Shown: positions 1 to 13,477, counted from the first letter of the stretch. The stretch is DNA of 64,000 nt from Paramecium tetraurelia (GCA_000165425.1 CT868034.1:124001-188000), one strand, 5' to 3'. Program-made: numbers and translations. The notes: generated from the letters alone by a model not told the origin.

Positions 1-344
1 ATATTGCCTTGTTGGATATTGTAGGGCAAGACTTAATTTCTATTTACATCTGGATATATTCTAGAAACCCTTAAATCATTCAAATCTATTTCTTAATCAT
101 AATCGTAAGGTTCTAAATACTCTATGAATTCTGGTGTCCCATCTTCATCAAATGTGGTAGAATCTTCAGGAAAATATTCGTTTTTCTCTTATCTGCTTGA
201 TGCATGTACAACCACATTACCCACATAATAATGTTTCAATTGACCATTCAAGACTACATTTATTGACTATGAAAATACTGCATCATTAGGATCTTGACAA
301 TCTATTGTAAATAGCAATCCCAAAAACCAAAAAATTTATTACAT
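1..344 (-). CDS. 5' part of a putative secreted or membrane protein (continues beyond window)
   Basis: Code-6 ORF from ATG at 344: MQQIFWFLGLLFTIDCQDPNDAVFSQSINVVLNG..., signal-peptide-like start, no TGA to the window edge. Confidence 0.65.
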
Positions 345-357
345 TAAGAAATTAATT

Positions 358-365
358 AAAAAAAA
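358..365 (-). terminator. Pol III oligo-T terminator of tRNA-Val
   Basis: Run of A on the + strand immediately after the tRNA 3' end. Confidence 0.7.
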
Positions 366-438
366 TGATCACGGCCAGTCTCGAACTGGCGGCCTCGTCC
401 TTGTTAGGGACGCGTGATAACCCCTACACCACGCGATC
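366..438 (-). tRNA. trnV-AAC: tRNA-Val (anticodon AAC)
   Basis: 73-nt cloverleaf: acceptor GATCGCG/CGTGATC+A, D-arm GTG..CAC, anticodon arm CGTCC-CTAACAA-GGACG, T-arm GCCAG-TTCGAGA-CTGGC; followed by a T-run. Confidence 0.96.
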
Positions 439-652
439 AATTATGACTATAAGGGCAGATTTCTATAGATTAATATTCATAATAAATCAACAATATTCTT
501 AATTTTACATTTTTCAATCTATTTGGTGAATTCGATTTCATTCCTTGTCAATGTTAAGATAAGATATTGATGAGAAATCATTAATACTCAAGTATCATAC
601 ATTAGTAAAACATATATGTCTATAATAAGAATAATAAAATTTAAAGAAAGAT

Positions 653-2304
653 TCAAAATTGCTAACTAGCTTTTTGTTTAGCTACAAGAGTATTTAATTC
701 TTTATTTATGTCTTGTATTTTATCTATTATTTGAAGCAAAAGTTGTCTTTTTTCTCTTTTGATTTTCAAATCAGTCAATTATGAAATCGCACTTTCAATT
801 TCTTCATATTTTTAATTTAGAATCTTCAATTAATCATTCAGTTCTTAGATTCTAGGTTAAATTTGGAGATATTTCTCTTATTTATTTGCACTTAATTAAA
901 TAGTTTGAATTTATTCATCGATAAGATTTCCAATATTATTCCTATCTTCACTCTTCTATTGAGTGAGAAAGTTCTCTTCTTGAGTCTTTACTATCAATCT
1001 GCTGAAAACACTGCTTTAAGAGTCATTTTATTGTATTTTATATGATTCTTACGGACTATTAAACATTGAATTGCAAGGTTATTCAAGTAATTGTTATTTG
1101 CTATCATTATTCTGCTATCTATAGTTCCTTAAATTTTATGTTTTTTTAACAATCTCTGCACTTTATTTGCATTTCTTAAATGTCTCTCTTGGACTTTAAG
1201 TATGCATTATGGAATTGGAAGACAAATTATTTAATTATTGCTTCAGTTAATCAATTTTGATATTAGACTCTGACAATTTCTAAACTCTCTTCAATTCTGA
1301 TTTCTCCAATTCTTGTGTTTTATGATCTAAACCAAATTGTAACTTTAAATTTAATTCCTTATACTATTCCACTTAACTAGTTAATTCGTGAATCTAATTT
1401 TTTTATTTCATAGTTTCTTCCTGCAATTCTATAATAGCACATGGATTATACTTTGAAATTTCTTCTCATCATATTACTTTGTATACCAATTCATATAAGT
1501 TCGTATCTCAAGGAATTGTTCTTTTAATTTACTCATTTCCTCTTACAATTGTTCATTCTTTTCAATTAAGAATTTGGTCTCCCTCTTTTCCTAATCCAAA
1601 ATAAATTCAAGGTTATTGTTGTTCTACAGATGTAGTCAATATAAATACTAATTTTTCTTATTGAATTGCTTGAGTTTACGAGTTAATTTTAATCCTGTAG
1701 TTTTAGTTGTTTTCTCCTTGCAATTCCAATTAATCCTATCTAACAAAAACAGTAAATAAATTAATTACAATTGTTGTATCTATTCCAATTATTCTCTATA
1801 TCTTTAATCAGATTATTGAGCTATGTTCATTAGATTGTCTTGCAATTATTATATTTTTTATTCGCTCTCTTCTATGATTTATTATTTTTCAACTTCCACC
1901 TAAGCCAGTTTTAATTCCACATCTCTTATTTACTGATTTTCATTGGGTTTTTAATGAGCGCTTACATGTCTTTGTTTAACCTCGAATGATTTAATTAATC
2001 CCCCAGAACTCTGTGAATAGTAATTGAATGGATATACAATTAGGGATTGTAGATTTTAGTTTTCTGTTTCTAAGTATTTAATCTTGTCTTGTAATGCTTT
2101 CATTGCATTCACATAACTTTGAGACGCTGATAAATTGTTTGCTATTTTTTAATCATTTGTTGGACTCAGTTATTAATTAAAGGAATGTTTAGAGTGATCC
2201 TTCCCACGAACTCGATAGCCACTAAAAAGTTAGGCATTTACAAATTGCGAGTATTTAGGTTATTTATCAAGATTGGTTGAATGAACACTGCTGCTTGCTT
2301 ACAT
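653..2304 (-). CDS. Coiled-coil protein, weak Cep57-like motifs
   Basis: Code-6 frame MQASSSVHSTNLDK...VNAMKALQDKIKYLETENQ...KREKRQLLLQIIDKIQDINKELNTLVAKQKASQQF-TGA; Q/E/K-rich; internal introns not fully resolved. Confidence 0.65.
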
Positions 2305-2384
2305 AAGTAGTTAAAATTGATTTATAAAAATTAAATATACAAAATGTAGAATAGATGTAACTTGATGAGTTGTATTCTAGTAAA

Positions 2385-3190
2385 TCAAGAGGTTTATACT
2401 TTTTTCTATTCCTCCAATTTTTTATTGGTTTCAAAATACTTTTTGGAATCAGCAATCAAAAATTAGATTATCTCATTGTCGTAGATTTCTTGGGTGCTAA
2501 AAATAGCATTAAGATAGACCTCTAGATCTTCTCTTCTTTTTTCGATAGTCTCTAGAAAGGATGAAAATAGATTGCATACCTGGATTTTCATTAGTTTAAC
2601 CAAAAAGCTTGCGAGTGGGAAATGGAGGTAATTTGCCCTTATATCCCTACTCAACCAATGCATCGTGAATATTCTTGATTTCTGAGTATCTCTACTTGTA
2701 GATCCACTCTTCTTTTGTGATTCTATTTTTAAATCGCATAGAGTAGATTACGACATCATCATAAACGGTGTAGCTTTCAATTGAGACATTGATTTTCATT
2801 CTATGATTAGACTGAGGATAGTTACTATTAATTTAAAGGTGTTTCGATGGGCAAATACAATTGGACAGGTGCTAAGCTTAGAATTTTATCGATGCTGAAA
2901 AGTTGATTGAAATAGAGTTCTAATTCTTGTTGTCTTTGTATAATCTTTTCTTGATTCTTGTTGGTTTTGGAGAAGAGAGACCTTTTTGGGAATTCAGGCA
3001 ATTATAACTAGAGTTTAAGTAGGTTGATGTTTTTAATCAATTATTCATGAAAGTCTTTAAGTTCTGAATATCTGTTCATAGTTGTTTTAGTATCTGCAGG
3101 GTTGGTGAAGCTGGTTACTATGATTTAATAATGGACCTTGCCATTCTCAATTAGATTGTTGATTTTGATTGAGTAATGTTTGACTATCAT
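2385..3190 (-). CDS. Small protein with two tandem PX (phox) domains
   Basis: Two RYSE(L/I)KxxH...LP(E/P)FP.R.LF..TN...I..R...LE.Y(F/L)N motifs; 28-nt intron gtatgc...ttctag near 2550-2579; ends TGA. Confidence 0.85.
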
Positions 3191-3270
3191 TAGAGAGTGT
3201 GTAAAAAAAATACAAAAATAAATTAATTTTATGGGAAATATTTAACTCAATATATTACTTTAATTAATTA

Positions 3271-6200
3271 ATGGATTTATTTGGTGTTTTTGAAACTAAG
3301 GCAAATGCCGATGGAATTCAAGTGGAGAACCAAGTAGAGGAGGAAGTGTCAATGAATGTAGAAGCAGAGGAGAAGGTTGAAGCATTTAAGATAATAAAAA
3401 ACCAAGAGAATGAAGGGTGTATTCATGAGTGGTACACACCTGAAGATTACTAGCCACTTTTAGACAAGAAACAAAATGCAAAATAATATAAGTTTACTTT
3501 GGATCCATTCCAAAAAGTAGCAGTGAAGACTTTGGAATCCAATGAATCAGTATTGGTGGCTGCCCATACAAGTGCAGGCAAAACAGCAGTAGCAGAATAT
3601 GCAATAGCTATGGCTAAGAGAGACAAGCAAAGAGTTGTGTATACCTCTCCAATTAAGGCTTTATCAAATTAGAAATACAGAGAATTGTAATAGGAATTTG
3701 GAGATGTGGGATTGGTGACAGGAGATGTGACATTGAATGAGAATGCCTTTTGTTTGGTAATGACAACAGAAATTTTAAGGAGTATGTTGTATAGAGGCTC
3801 TGAAATTGTGAGGGAAGTAGCATGGGTAATTATGGATGAAGTACATTATATGAGAGATAGAGAAAGAGGAGTGGTTTGGGAAGAGACCATCATCTTATTG
3901 AATTAAAATGTACACATCTATATTAAATCATTAGGTTAGATTTGTCTTTTTATCTGCTACAATTCCTAATGCTAGTGAATTTGCTGAATGGGTTTGCAGA
4001 ATCAAACGCCAACCTTGTCATGTCGTCTATACTGATTATAGACCTACACCTTTACAACATTATCTATTTCCAAGTGGTGCTGAGGGAATCTATTTAGTTG
4101 TTGATGAAACAGGAAAATTCAAAGAAGATAAATTTCAAGAGGCAGTAGCAAAGTTGGAGGAAAATGTTGAAAATACAAGGAAGAGAAAGGCTACTGAGGG
4201 TTCAGATCTATTTAAATTGATGAAGATGATCTAAGAGAGAGAATTAGCACCAGCCATAGTGTTCTCCTTTTCTAAAAGAGAAGTAGAAGGATATGCTATT
4301 GGAATGTAGAAATTGGATTTGACTACTCCAAAAGAAAAAGAGAATATTGAAACCATCTATAAAAATGCTATGAATTGCTTATCTGAAGAGGATAGACAAC
4401 TACCATAAATTCAATTAATGCTTCCAATTTTAAAGAAAGGAATAGGAATCCATCACGGGGGATTATTACCAATAGTCAAGGAAATCATCGAAATTCTCTT
4501 TCAAGAAGGATATCTTAAGGCATTATTTTCAACTGAAACATTTTCAATGGGATTGAATATGCCTTCTAGAACTGTGGTTTTCACTTCAGTCAGAAAAATT
4601 CGATGGTGAACAATTCAGATGGATTCAAGGAGGAGAGTATATTCAAATGAGTGGTAGAGCTGGTAGAAGAGGTATAGATGATAAGGGAGTGTGCATTTTA
4701 ATGTGTGATGAGAAGATGGACTAAGAAGTGGCTAAATCTATGCTCAAGGGAAAATCAGATTGTTTGAATTCATCATTCAGGTTATCATACAATATGCTTA
4801 TCAATTCTATGAGGATGGAAGACACAGATCCAGAATTCATTATCAAGAAGTCTTTCCATCAATTCTAGAATGATAGGTAATTACCTGAAATGAAGGAGAA
4901 GTTACAGGACTTCAAACAAAAACGAGACTAAATATAAATAGAAAATGAAGACAAATTGGGTAATTATCATGATCTAATCTCTTAATCTACACACGTCTAT
5001 AATAAAATAAGGAAGATTATCTATCAACCATAAATAGTCTTACCATTTATGCATATTGGCAGAATCATTAGAATCAAAGGATCAGATGGAGATTGGGGAT
5101 GGGGTATATCAATCAATTTTATGTAAAAGAAGTTTGGCAATAAAAAGAATAAAGATCAAGAGTAATCTATCATTTTAGATGTGATGTTGTATGTTCAAAA
5201 AAGAAAGAAGGTATATATATCTAAATATCATTAAGAATGAACCACTCTAGCCTCAATTATCACTTGATTAAGAGGGAGAGTTTGAAATAGTACCAGTGTC
5301 TATTGAGTAACTCTATGAGATCAGCACTATCAAATTGAATTTGCCCAAGGATCTCAGAACCAATGAAAGCAAATAACAAATTAAATAAACCATGATTAAA
5401 TTGCTCAAGGAATTTAAAGGGTAGCCACCTCTTATTCATCCAATTAAGGACATGAAGATCAATGATGATTAATTGGATAAATTGTTAGAATAGAGACAAT
5501 AACTATTGGAGCAAGTAGAATAAGTGAAGAAGGACCTAAACAATTAGAATTTGGAATAGGAATTATAGACCTATGATGAGAAAATCAAACTGGGTTAAAC
5601 AATTAAATTGTTGAATAAGTAAATTGAGGAAAGTTCACAAATGGTTTTGAGTGGAGATCTTAAGAGAATGAAAAGAATTCTAAGAAGATTGCAATATATA
5701 TCCAAGGATGAAATTGTGTAAATGAAGGGCAAAGTGGCTTGTGAAATATCAGCAGGAGATGAAATTATGGTATTTATTATAATCTAAATATTTTCTATTA
5801 GTTAACTGAACTATTAGTCAGTGGTCTCTTCAATGATTTGGCTTCAGAAGAAATTTGTGCTGTATTGAGTGTCTTTGTACATGATGAAAATAATAGTGAA
5901 AAATTCTAATTAAAAAATGATAAAATGCAATAATTGTACACAAAAGTGCTTGATTAGGCTAAATACCTTTATACTGTATATACAGAATCTAAAATGAATA
6001 TTGATGAGGTAATATTCTTTATTATATCATAATTTTAGAAAGAGTACTTAGCAACATTTAAGAGTTAAATGATGGAAGTAACACTGGCATGGTGTCAGGG
6101 ATAGTCTTTCTTGTAAATTTGCAAGATGACTGATTTATTCGAAGGATCTATCATCAGATGTCTAAGACGATTGGATGAATTAATAAAATAATTGGAGGAG

Positions 6201-6302
6201 GCTGCTAAAGTGATTGGTAATAAGGAATTGGAAAATAAGTTTAAGGAAAGTTCTAAGAAGCTTAAGAAAGGTATTGTTTTTGCTGCATCTTTATATTTGT
6301 GA
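3271..6302 (+). CDS. MTR4: Exosome cofactor DExH helicase Mtr4/Dob1 (Ski2-like)
   Basis: Motifs [68 protein letters not shown]-terminal [13 protein letters not shown]; four tiny introns; one apparent +1 indel in an A5 run at 4594-4598. Confidence 0.96.
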
Positions 6303-6330
6303 TTGTATTTATAGAATTATTATTTAATCT

Positions 6331-6796
6331 ATGAGTGATAAGAATTGTTTTGAGCCAATTTGTGAAAAGGAAGACATTCTCAATTTCAAATCCAAGAAGC
6401 GATCTAAGCTCTAATTCGAAGAGGAATAACCGTCTCAGGAATGTCCACTCAACAGGAGTACATATGGCAATTATACTTGGAACATGTTGCATACTACAGC
6501 CATCTATTATCCAGATGAGCCTACTCAGGAGTAACAATAGAAGATGAGAAATTTATTTGATGCCATTGCTGAGTTCTATGCTTGTAAACATTGTAAGGCT
6601 CATTTCCAACAGGACATTTTGAAAAGTAAGAGGGAATGTTGATTGTAATTTAGATCCTCCTATAGTGACATCTAGGAAGGATCTGTCAATTTGGTTGTGT
6701 TAGAGACACAATGACGTGAATTAATTGCTTGGCAAAGCTGTGTTTGATTGCAGTTTTGAGAACTTGGAGAGGAGATGGAGAACGGGATGTTAGTGA
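6331..6796 (+). CDS. ERV1: Erv1/ALR FAD-linked sulfhydryl oxidase
   Basis: CPLNRSTYGNYTWNMLHTTAIYYPDEPT...FYACKHCKAHF...WLCQRHNDVNQLLGKAVFDC; one 28-nt intron; starts 28 bp after the MTR4 stop. Confidence 0.93.
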
Positions 6797-6873
6797 ATAA
6801 AATTATTTGTGTTATTTAGGTGTAAAAATGTTTTGTTATTTTAAATGTTAATGAATAATTTATAATTGAATTA

Positions 6874-7624
6874 ATGAATGAATAAAAATTAAGGGAAATG
6901 ATGAAGATCTACACTGTTTCAAAATAGGTTAACAAAAAGGCTGAAAAGAATTTTATCAAATTTTCTAGTTAATATTATAAATTGCATAAGAATGACATGA
7001 CTCCAGATTTATTGAGCGAGGTCAATTCTCTAAGAACAATAATCAAATCTGATAGAGTGGCATTTTCTACTTAAAACTCTCCTCAAGTTAGTCCTCGTCT
7101 CACAAGCAATCATATGTTTAATTGTAAAAAAGACAAATATAATTATAGTCAAGGAGGAGAAGCCAACTCTGAATTCCATTTACTCAGACGACAAGCATTA
7201 GGATATATACAATCTCTACGTCGATGAGATAAACGATCTCAAATAATGTTAGTGTATAATTTATATCTAGAACTCCATTAAGCCAATTCCATAATAAAAT
7301 AATAAAAAAGTGATCACGATAAAAAGGTCTAAGGTAACGTTATTGCTTAAAATAAGAATTAAATCTCAAGTTAGAATAGGAGAGAGCGAGAGTTAATGAT
7401 CTCACTTAATAAGTAATGGACTAAAATATAGTAGATTTTGGAGATGAAAGTCTAATTAACTGTAAAAGTCAAGTGTGTCTATGCTCAATTGCAGCTTGGA
7501 TCAAAGGAAATAGACCTTGAATTCCGAGTTGAATAAGGAATAGAGTAGAGAATTGTTTAAATCTGAAATCTGCAGGGCCTTAGAGAAGTACAACAACAGC
7601 AAGTAAGATTAGAGTAATAAGTGA
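6874..7624 (+). CDS. Short coiled-coil protein of unknown function (apparent indels near 7218 and 7428)
   Basis: MNEQKLREMMKIYTVSKQVNKKAEKNFIKF...; tiny GT-AG introns; a full-length frame needs two single-base corrections; end uncertain. Confidence 0.55.
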
Positions 7625-7717
7625 ATACAAGATTTATCGATTTCAATTTTTGTGTTTGTATGATTATAAGTTAATTAACATGGCGTAATCTCTTAGGTAT
7701 AATTGATAATAAATTTA

Positions 7718-10632
7718 ATGGATCAGCAATAAACAGATATTAAGGAATTGTTGTCACTATATAATAATGCGATGTAGATCAAGAAGAGAGCTGAGAAGAA
7801 ATTGATACGATTCACGAATTGTCTTTCCGAATTGGATCGAAGAAATTGTGGAGCAGAAATTATTGAGCAAATCAATGTTGTCAGACAAAAGATCAAGGAA
7901 GAAAGGAAAAATCAAGCTGAGTAGACTGTTAGAAACTCATATGTCCAATTGCAAAGCCAGATGGACTAAAGTAGTTTAATGCTAAAACAAAAACTTCAAG
8001 AAAAGGAACTATGTATTTGTTTCATATGATTGAGCAAGAACTTGAATCTATGGATCTGGAGTATAAATGCAAACTGTAGCAATAGCAGCAAGTGATAAAT
8101 GATCTCAATCTCTAAATTGAAGAAGTCAAAGATTGTAATTCATATTCTTTATTCAAATAGATAATCAGGAGTAAATTTTTAGTTTGACTCAAAAGAATCA
8201 GTAACTGCTCAATCTCATTGAAGACTTAAACAAATAAATCGCAGAATTAAAATAAAGTATCCCTTTAAATGACATTTTAGTTTTGGAACACTATCAAAAC
8301 GAAGAATTTAAATCTCAATAATTTAATAACAGTATTAATTAGTATTATTCAAGGTTCCATAAGAGTATCCCAGAACTCATAAATGTTATAGAACATCAAG
8401 AAAGTAGGAAGCCAAGAAAACAATCAAACCACAGAATCCTTAGATCAATGCTAATTTGAAACCTTGGCTTCAGAGGTCAAATATCAAGAGACTTGTGAAA
8501 ATTTCGACGAAGAGATCCTTTTAGGATCATCAAATCAATGTGCTGAGTCTAAAGGTATTCACTCTCAATATTAAATTGTAGAATTACAATCCCCAATCAG
8601 AATTTAGGACTAATAATCTAATCAAAATTAAATTTATGAATTAAATTTTACAATTGAAGAATTAAAAGAACAAATCCAAAGTATTCATCATCAATAACAT
8701 TATCTAGATTTACAATAAGAGAAATAAAAACTGATAGACAGTCTTTAAGAAAATGAACTTAAATTTGAATCCTTTAAATAAAAAATTTTAATCAATGAGA
8801 AAAATTTACATAATCAAATAAATGATCTGATCTAATAAAATTAAGGTACAAATAATTTAATTTCTTTTAGATCTGTTGGCTAAAGAGTAAATACTTTAGG
8901 CTTAGATTGAGGATTAGAAGAATGAAATTAAAAATATAGCAAAACTTACTGAAGATCTATCATAATCTTAATAATTATTGAATTAAAAGGATTTATTAAT
9001 ATCAACATTGAATGGAGAACAAGAACAATTTAAGTCTTAAATATAATAATTTGAATAATAAGTTGAATTGATTCCCAAATTAAAAGAAGATGTTGATCAC
9101 CATAAGAATGTAATAAACGAGAAAGATGGAGAAATTCAATAATTAAAATAACATCTTGAAAATGAACAGAATCTAAATGTGGAAAAGTAAAAAACAAATG
9201 AGACATTAAATGAAAAGGTCATTGAAACTCAGAATACTTTGGATAAATAAATTTAATCGAACTCATTATTGTAGAATGATAATCAAAGTATTCATTTCCA
9301 TAATTAATTTAATAGGTTTAATTTAAAAAAAGTAGTTGCTTACCAATTAAATAGAGTAACTTAATAATGAGAAAGAACGTAACTATAATATAAAATATAC
9401 TAGAATAAAAATCAGAATTTACAAGTAAAATATAGGATCTAGAAACTGAAATTCAAAGCTTATCTTCAAAAAGATAGGAGTAGGATTAACATCTTAATGA
9501 GTAAAATCTCCTTCTTTAAAAATTAAGTTAAAATGAGTCCAATTTAACAAAAGAAGTTTAAGACTTGACCTCATAGTTGAAGGAATTTGAAATCAAATTC
9601 AAAGTATTAGAATAGGAAAATACTAAATAATCATAAGAGATTAAAGTTTTAAATGAGTAAAAACAATAATTTGAATCTTAAATTGGAGAGGTGAACTCAC
9701 AATATTAGAAAATAAAATAGGATTTCCATGATTACTAGATTAATAAGGAGGGAGTAGAGTCTGCTTTAAATAAGGAACTTGAATGTAAAAATTATTAATA
9801 CCAATTAGAAACAAAAATTTAAAATCAGCAACTCTTAGAAGAGATAGATTAGCTTAAAAAAAATATGGAGGAATTGACTCGCATTAGCAGTAGTAAAGAT
9901 CTGTAAAGAGATGAATAGATAAAATTTTAAAAGTAATTGGAAAATCAATACAAAGGTAACAGTTAATATACTATCTTAGTTCTTGAGGATAAATTTAAGA
10001 ATGCAAAGCAATAATCCTAAGAAGAATGCGATAAAATTGCAGAGGGTTACAAGGAGGAGCTCAAATTAATGTAGGAATAGTTGATGAGAAGTTCTGAAAA
10101 CATCAAGCAATTTTCACCTGTTAGAGAACTATCATAAGATGATAAATATAAAGAGTAGATCAATAGACTCAATGATGAACTTAGATTAAGCAAACTATAA
10201 ATTGCCCAATTCTCTGCTGTTAATAATTAGTTAAAGTAATAATAAAAGGATTTGGTGTTGAAGTTGTAAAGTATGTTGAAACTGACTCCAGCAGCTGATT
10301 AGGATCTTAATGATTTGATTTTAATAATCGAAAGCAATTTATCAAGTTGTCAAAGTAGTCCTGTAAGACAATCCTCAAAGAAAACCAGCATGATTGATAC
10401 AACCAAGATGCTTATGAACAAATCCAGAATGTCAATGGGTTCTAATAGGGGATCTGTGTTGGTATCTTAGAATCAGATATCAGACAATGGATACAGAAAT
10501 AGTGCAAACCTCTAAGATAATGGATTTAGAAATAGTATAAATGTGTAGAAGGTTCCATCGAGCAGTCAAAGTAATACAGACTTGTAGAAAATTCTGGACG
10601 ATGTTTCAGATTAGGATATTGTTTAGTAATGA
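7718..10632 (+). CDS. Large coiled-coil protein of unknown function
   Basis: MDQQQTDIKELLSLYNNAMQIKKRAEKKLIRF...; long Q/E/K heptad-rich code-6 frame with several ~25-nt introns; ends DDVSDQDIVQQ-TGA. Confidence 0.75.
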
Positions 10633-10676
10633 TTATGAATGCTTCGTATTGAATTTATATATTTGTTTCAACAGGC

Positions 10677-11274
10677 TCAGCACTTGGTATCGTGAAAAGT
10701 CCATTTATAACTCTTTGGACCTCTTCCAGTTGCTTACTTGACAAAATCTGCATCATTGGGAGGTTTCATCTGATTATAATAACATTATCCTCACTTTTAT
10801 GGTTGCGCTCGACATCATGGATTGGATTGAGAGACACAAAGACGATACATTGTGAGCAGCAGACCATTCTAAAATAATTATTCTAAAAGTAAATACCATC
10901 GTATAATATTGATAAACAAATGAATCCATTTGAATAGATATGTTCATGTTCAGGTGGCTTACCTAGAAAGACGACCTAATTTTAATTATTATAATACTTC
11001 AGGGGATTCGATTGGCTATTTTCAGAGGAAAAGAAGCTAAATAAGAATAAAAACTTCTACATATGAATTTGGGAACTTGAATTACAATCTAAAATATCAG
11101 ACTCAATACTTACTCAAATTTCTCCCCTTCATATAGGGTGCCTTTTGCACCTTCAAATCCAACAATCCAATGTGAAATTTCATTATTGGGCAATTTTATA
11201 TTGAATTCATTTGCAAATGACTTTTGCATTTATTCTAATTCTTTTGAAAGTCTTCTTGACATTGCGTTTTACAT
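10677..11274 (-). CDS. UBE2W: Ubiquitin-conjugating enzyme E2 W family
   Basis: RRLSKELE...GAKGTLYEGEKF...FPNSYPIESPEVVF...PEHEHIYSNGFICLSILYDEWSAA...CLSIQSMMSS...WTFHDTKC-TGA; the HIYSNGxIC active site and WxFHD tail are typical of UBE2W; five introns. Confidence 0.9.
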
Positions 11275-11921
11275 TTCAACTTTTTATTATATTTATAATT
11301 TATTTAATATAAATGCTTTATTATATAACAACAAATTAAATTTTTTACATTCTTTCCCTAATTATATTTAGGACAATGTTTTTTATAATTTTCAGAACAA
11401 TGACAACAAATTTATTTTTTACTAATATTTTGGATAATTTATTCGTTTAAAATAACTAAACTTTATTGCGAATATATGAATTTATTCAAATTTATTGTTA
11501 ATTTGTTATTATTAATTATGAAAAATTTGGAAATCATTTTTTGAGTTCTACAATTATATTAGTTTTTGAGAACATTTGTAATTACTTTGAGTTAATAACA
11601 GGGTTTTTGTAGTTTTGATTGATTATTCTCATCAATTATTTCTTATATGAGCACTGAACTAACATTGAAGAAATGTTTAAAAAATATCAGTAATTTAATT
11701 TAACATTAATGAAGAATATTCAGTAGGTTATTACCATGTTCTCGTTTAAAATTCTCTTTACAATTCATTAAATAGTATCACAAAGCCCTGTAAATGCTTG
11801 TTTCAGCTTTAGTTAAACGTGGATAAATTTAATTAATGAATATTATGTATTATAAGGCATTTTAAATAGTATATCTTTCTTTTGTTTCCAATTATAATAT
11901 TTCGAATTAAATTACAACTAA

Positions 11922-12888
11922 ATGTATAGCCTTTTGACCAACTAACTCATCTTTGACTTCTAACTCAGCTAATAACACAACTATTGGAATATGTATTAGA
12001 ATATGCAACATTATTATTATTCTAATGCGTATGCTTATCCTTATGTAAATCAAACTTAACTCTATCCTTAACCATTTCAATAAATCCCTGCCTAATCTGA
12101 ACAAGGTAAGCTCAACTAACCTATTTTTAGCGTAATGCAAGGAGGATGCTAGTACAACACAGGGTACAAGAAGATCTTTTTTCGAGACTAAAGATGCTGT
12201 ACCTTTTGAATCGAGGGAAACGTTAGAAAAATATATATTGATGATAGTCAATGAGGATGAAGATGTGAATTAAGTGATTTCTTCGTTAAAAAACAAAAAC
12301 CAACTTTCTTTGGCGAGTGTCCTTGAGATCCTATTCCAAAAGCAATAGCAACAACATAAGAGTAGGGAGGAACTCATTAAATTTTGCTTGAGAAAAGCAT
12401 TAAAGTTCATTTTCAGAAAGGTACAGGAAGAAAATGATAAAACAAGTATTTATTAGACTTAATTTCTAAGAGATTAATTTGAAATCCGCATAGAAAAAAT
12501 TCATTGAAATAATAGAACAAGAGACTAAGAAAAATATCATATTGCCATTTAGAAAAAATAGCAAGAATAAAACTATGAATTCAGAATTCTTAAAAGAAAT
12601 ATTTTCTTCTAAAACTTTTGTTCGATATTATGAACAATATTTAAGTAAAAATACAACTTAATATCGTAGATTGTCTAGATGAATAAATTCAGAAAGACTC
12701 CAAAAAAAAAATCGCTGTCTTATGTAATAAAATATAGAATACAATTTCAGACGATAAAATTGTATAAATTTTTTTTAATCTAGTTTTCTTTCGAAGTTAA
12801 AAGATTGCCTTGGTCTCTATCCAATGTCGAGAAAGTAAAAATAACAGCCAAAGAAATGTTAATGTACTCTACAGATTAGAAATATTGA
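11922..12888 (+). CDS. Hypothetical protein of a ciliate-type family (Q/Y-rich N-terminus)
   Basis: Code-6 frame with KSREELIKFCLRKALKF...LPFRKNSKNKTMNSEFLKEIFSS...KRLPWS; three tiny introns. Confidence 0.7.
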
Positions 12889-13477
12889 CTAAAATAGATT
12901 TCATATTTACATTTCATCGCATCATAACATAATTAAAAATACTTTCTTTTTTTATTAATTATGAAACAATATCAGTAATACATATTCTTACAATAAACCA
13001 CAGATTACAAATGGCTTTAAAATAATGGGAACTTACACAAACCTATCCCAATTCATTGCAAATACATACTAAAATTATACAGGAAGCATTTCTAGATGAA
13101 GAACCACAAATTGCAGAAATTAAATTGCCATTCTATAAAAATTATCTATACCTAAAATCATTATATTAAAGATTAATATTAATTTTAATTAAATATTGGC
13201 TTATATGAGTTTAATCCAAGTTAGTGTTTATAGTTTATTCCTTTCTTCATGAAAATAGTGTTATTTAATGTCCTTCCTAATTGATTTTCAATGAAAATCG
13301 ATATATTTCTCTCATTATTAATAGTTGTTAAGTCAGAATGCTTTATATATAAAAAGAGAAGAATATATGCATAAATCTATCTAATTTGGAGCCCTTTGCT
13401 AAGTAGACGGACAATTTTATATAGATCCATTACAAAAGGCTAATTGATAAATTTGATTATAGTAATTAATATAATTA

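Noticed and set aside
4590..4609. Programmed +1 ribosomal frameshift in MTR4
   Set aside because: The site is an A5 homopolymer without the AAA-TAA/TAG context of Euplotes frameshifting, and similar indels are scattered through the window; assembly error is more likely
11016..11062. Retained IES in UBE2W (TA-bounded, ~45 bp)
   Set aside because: TA-to-TA excision gives SQP instead of the conserved SYP and the ends lack the TAYAG consensus; a GT-AG intron fits better
12961..13430. Short ORFs on either strand between the hypothetical and WD40 genes
   Set aside because: With only TGA as stop such frames arise by chance; no recognisable motif
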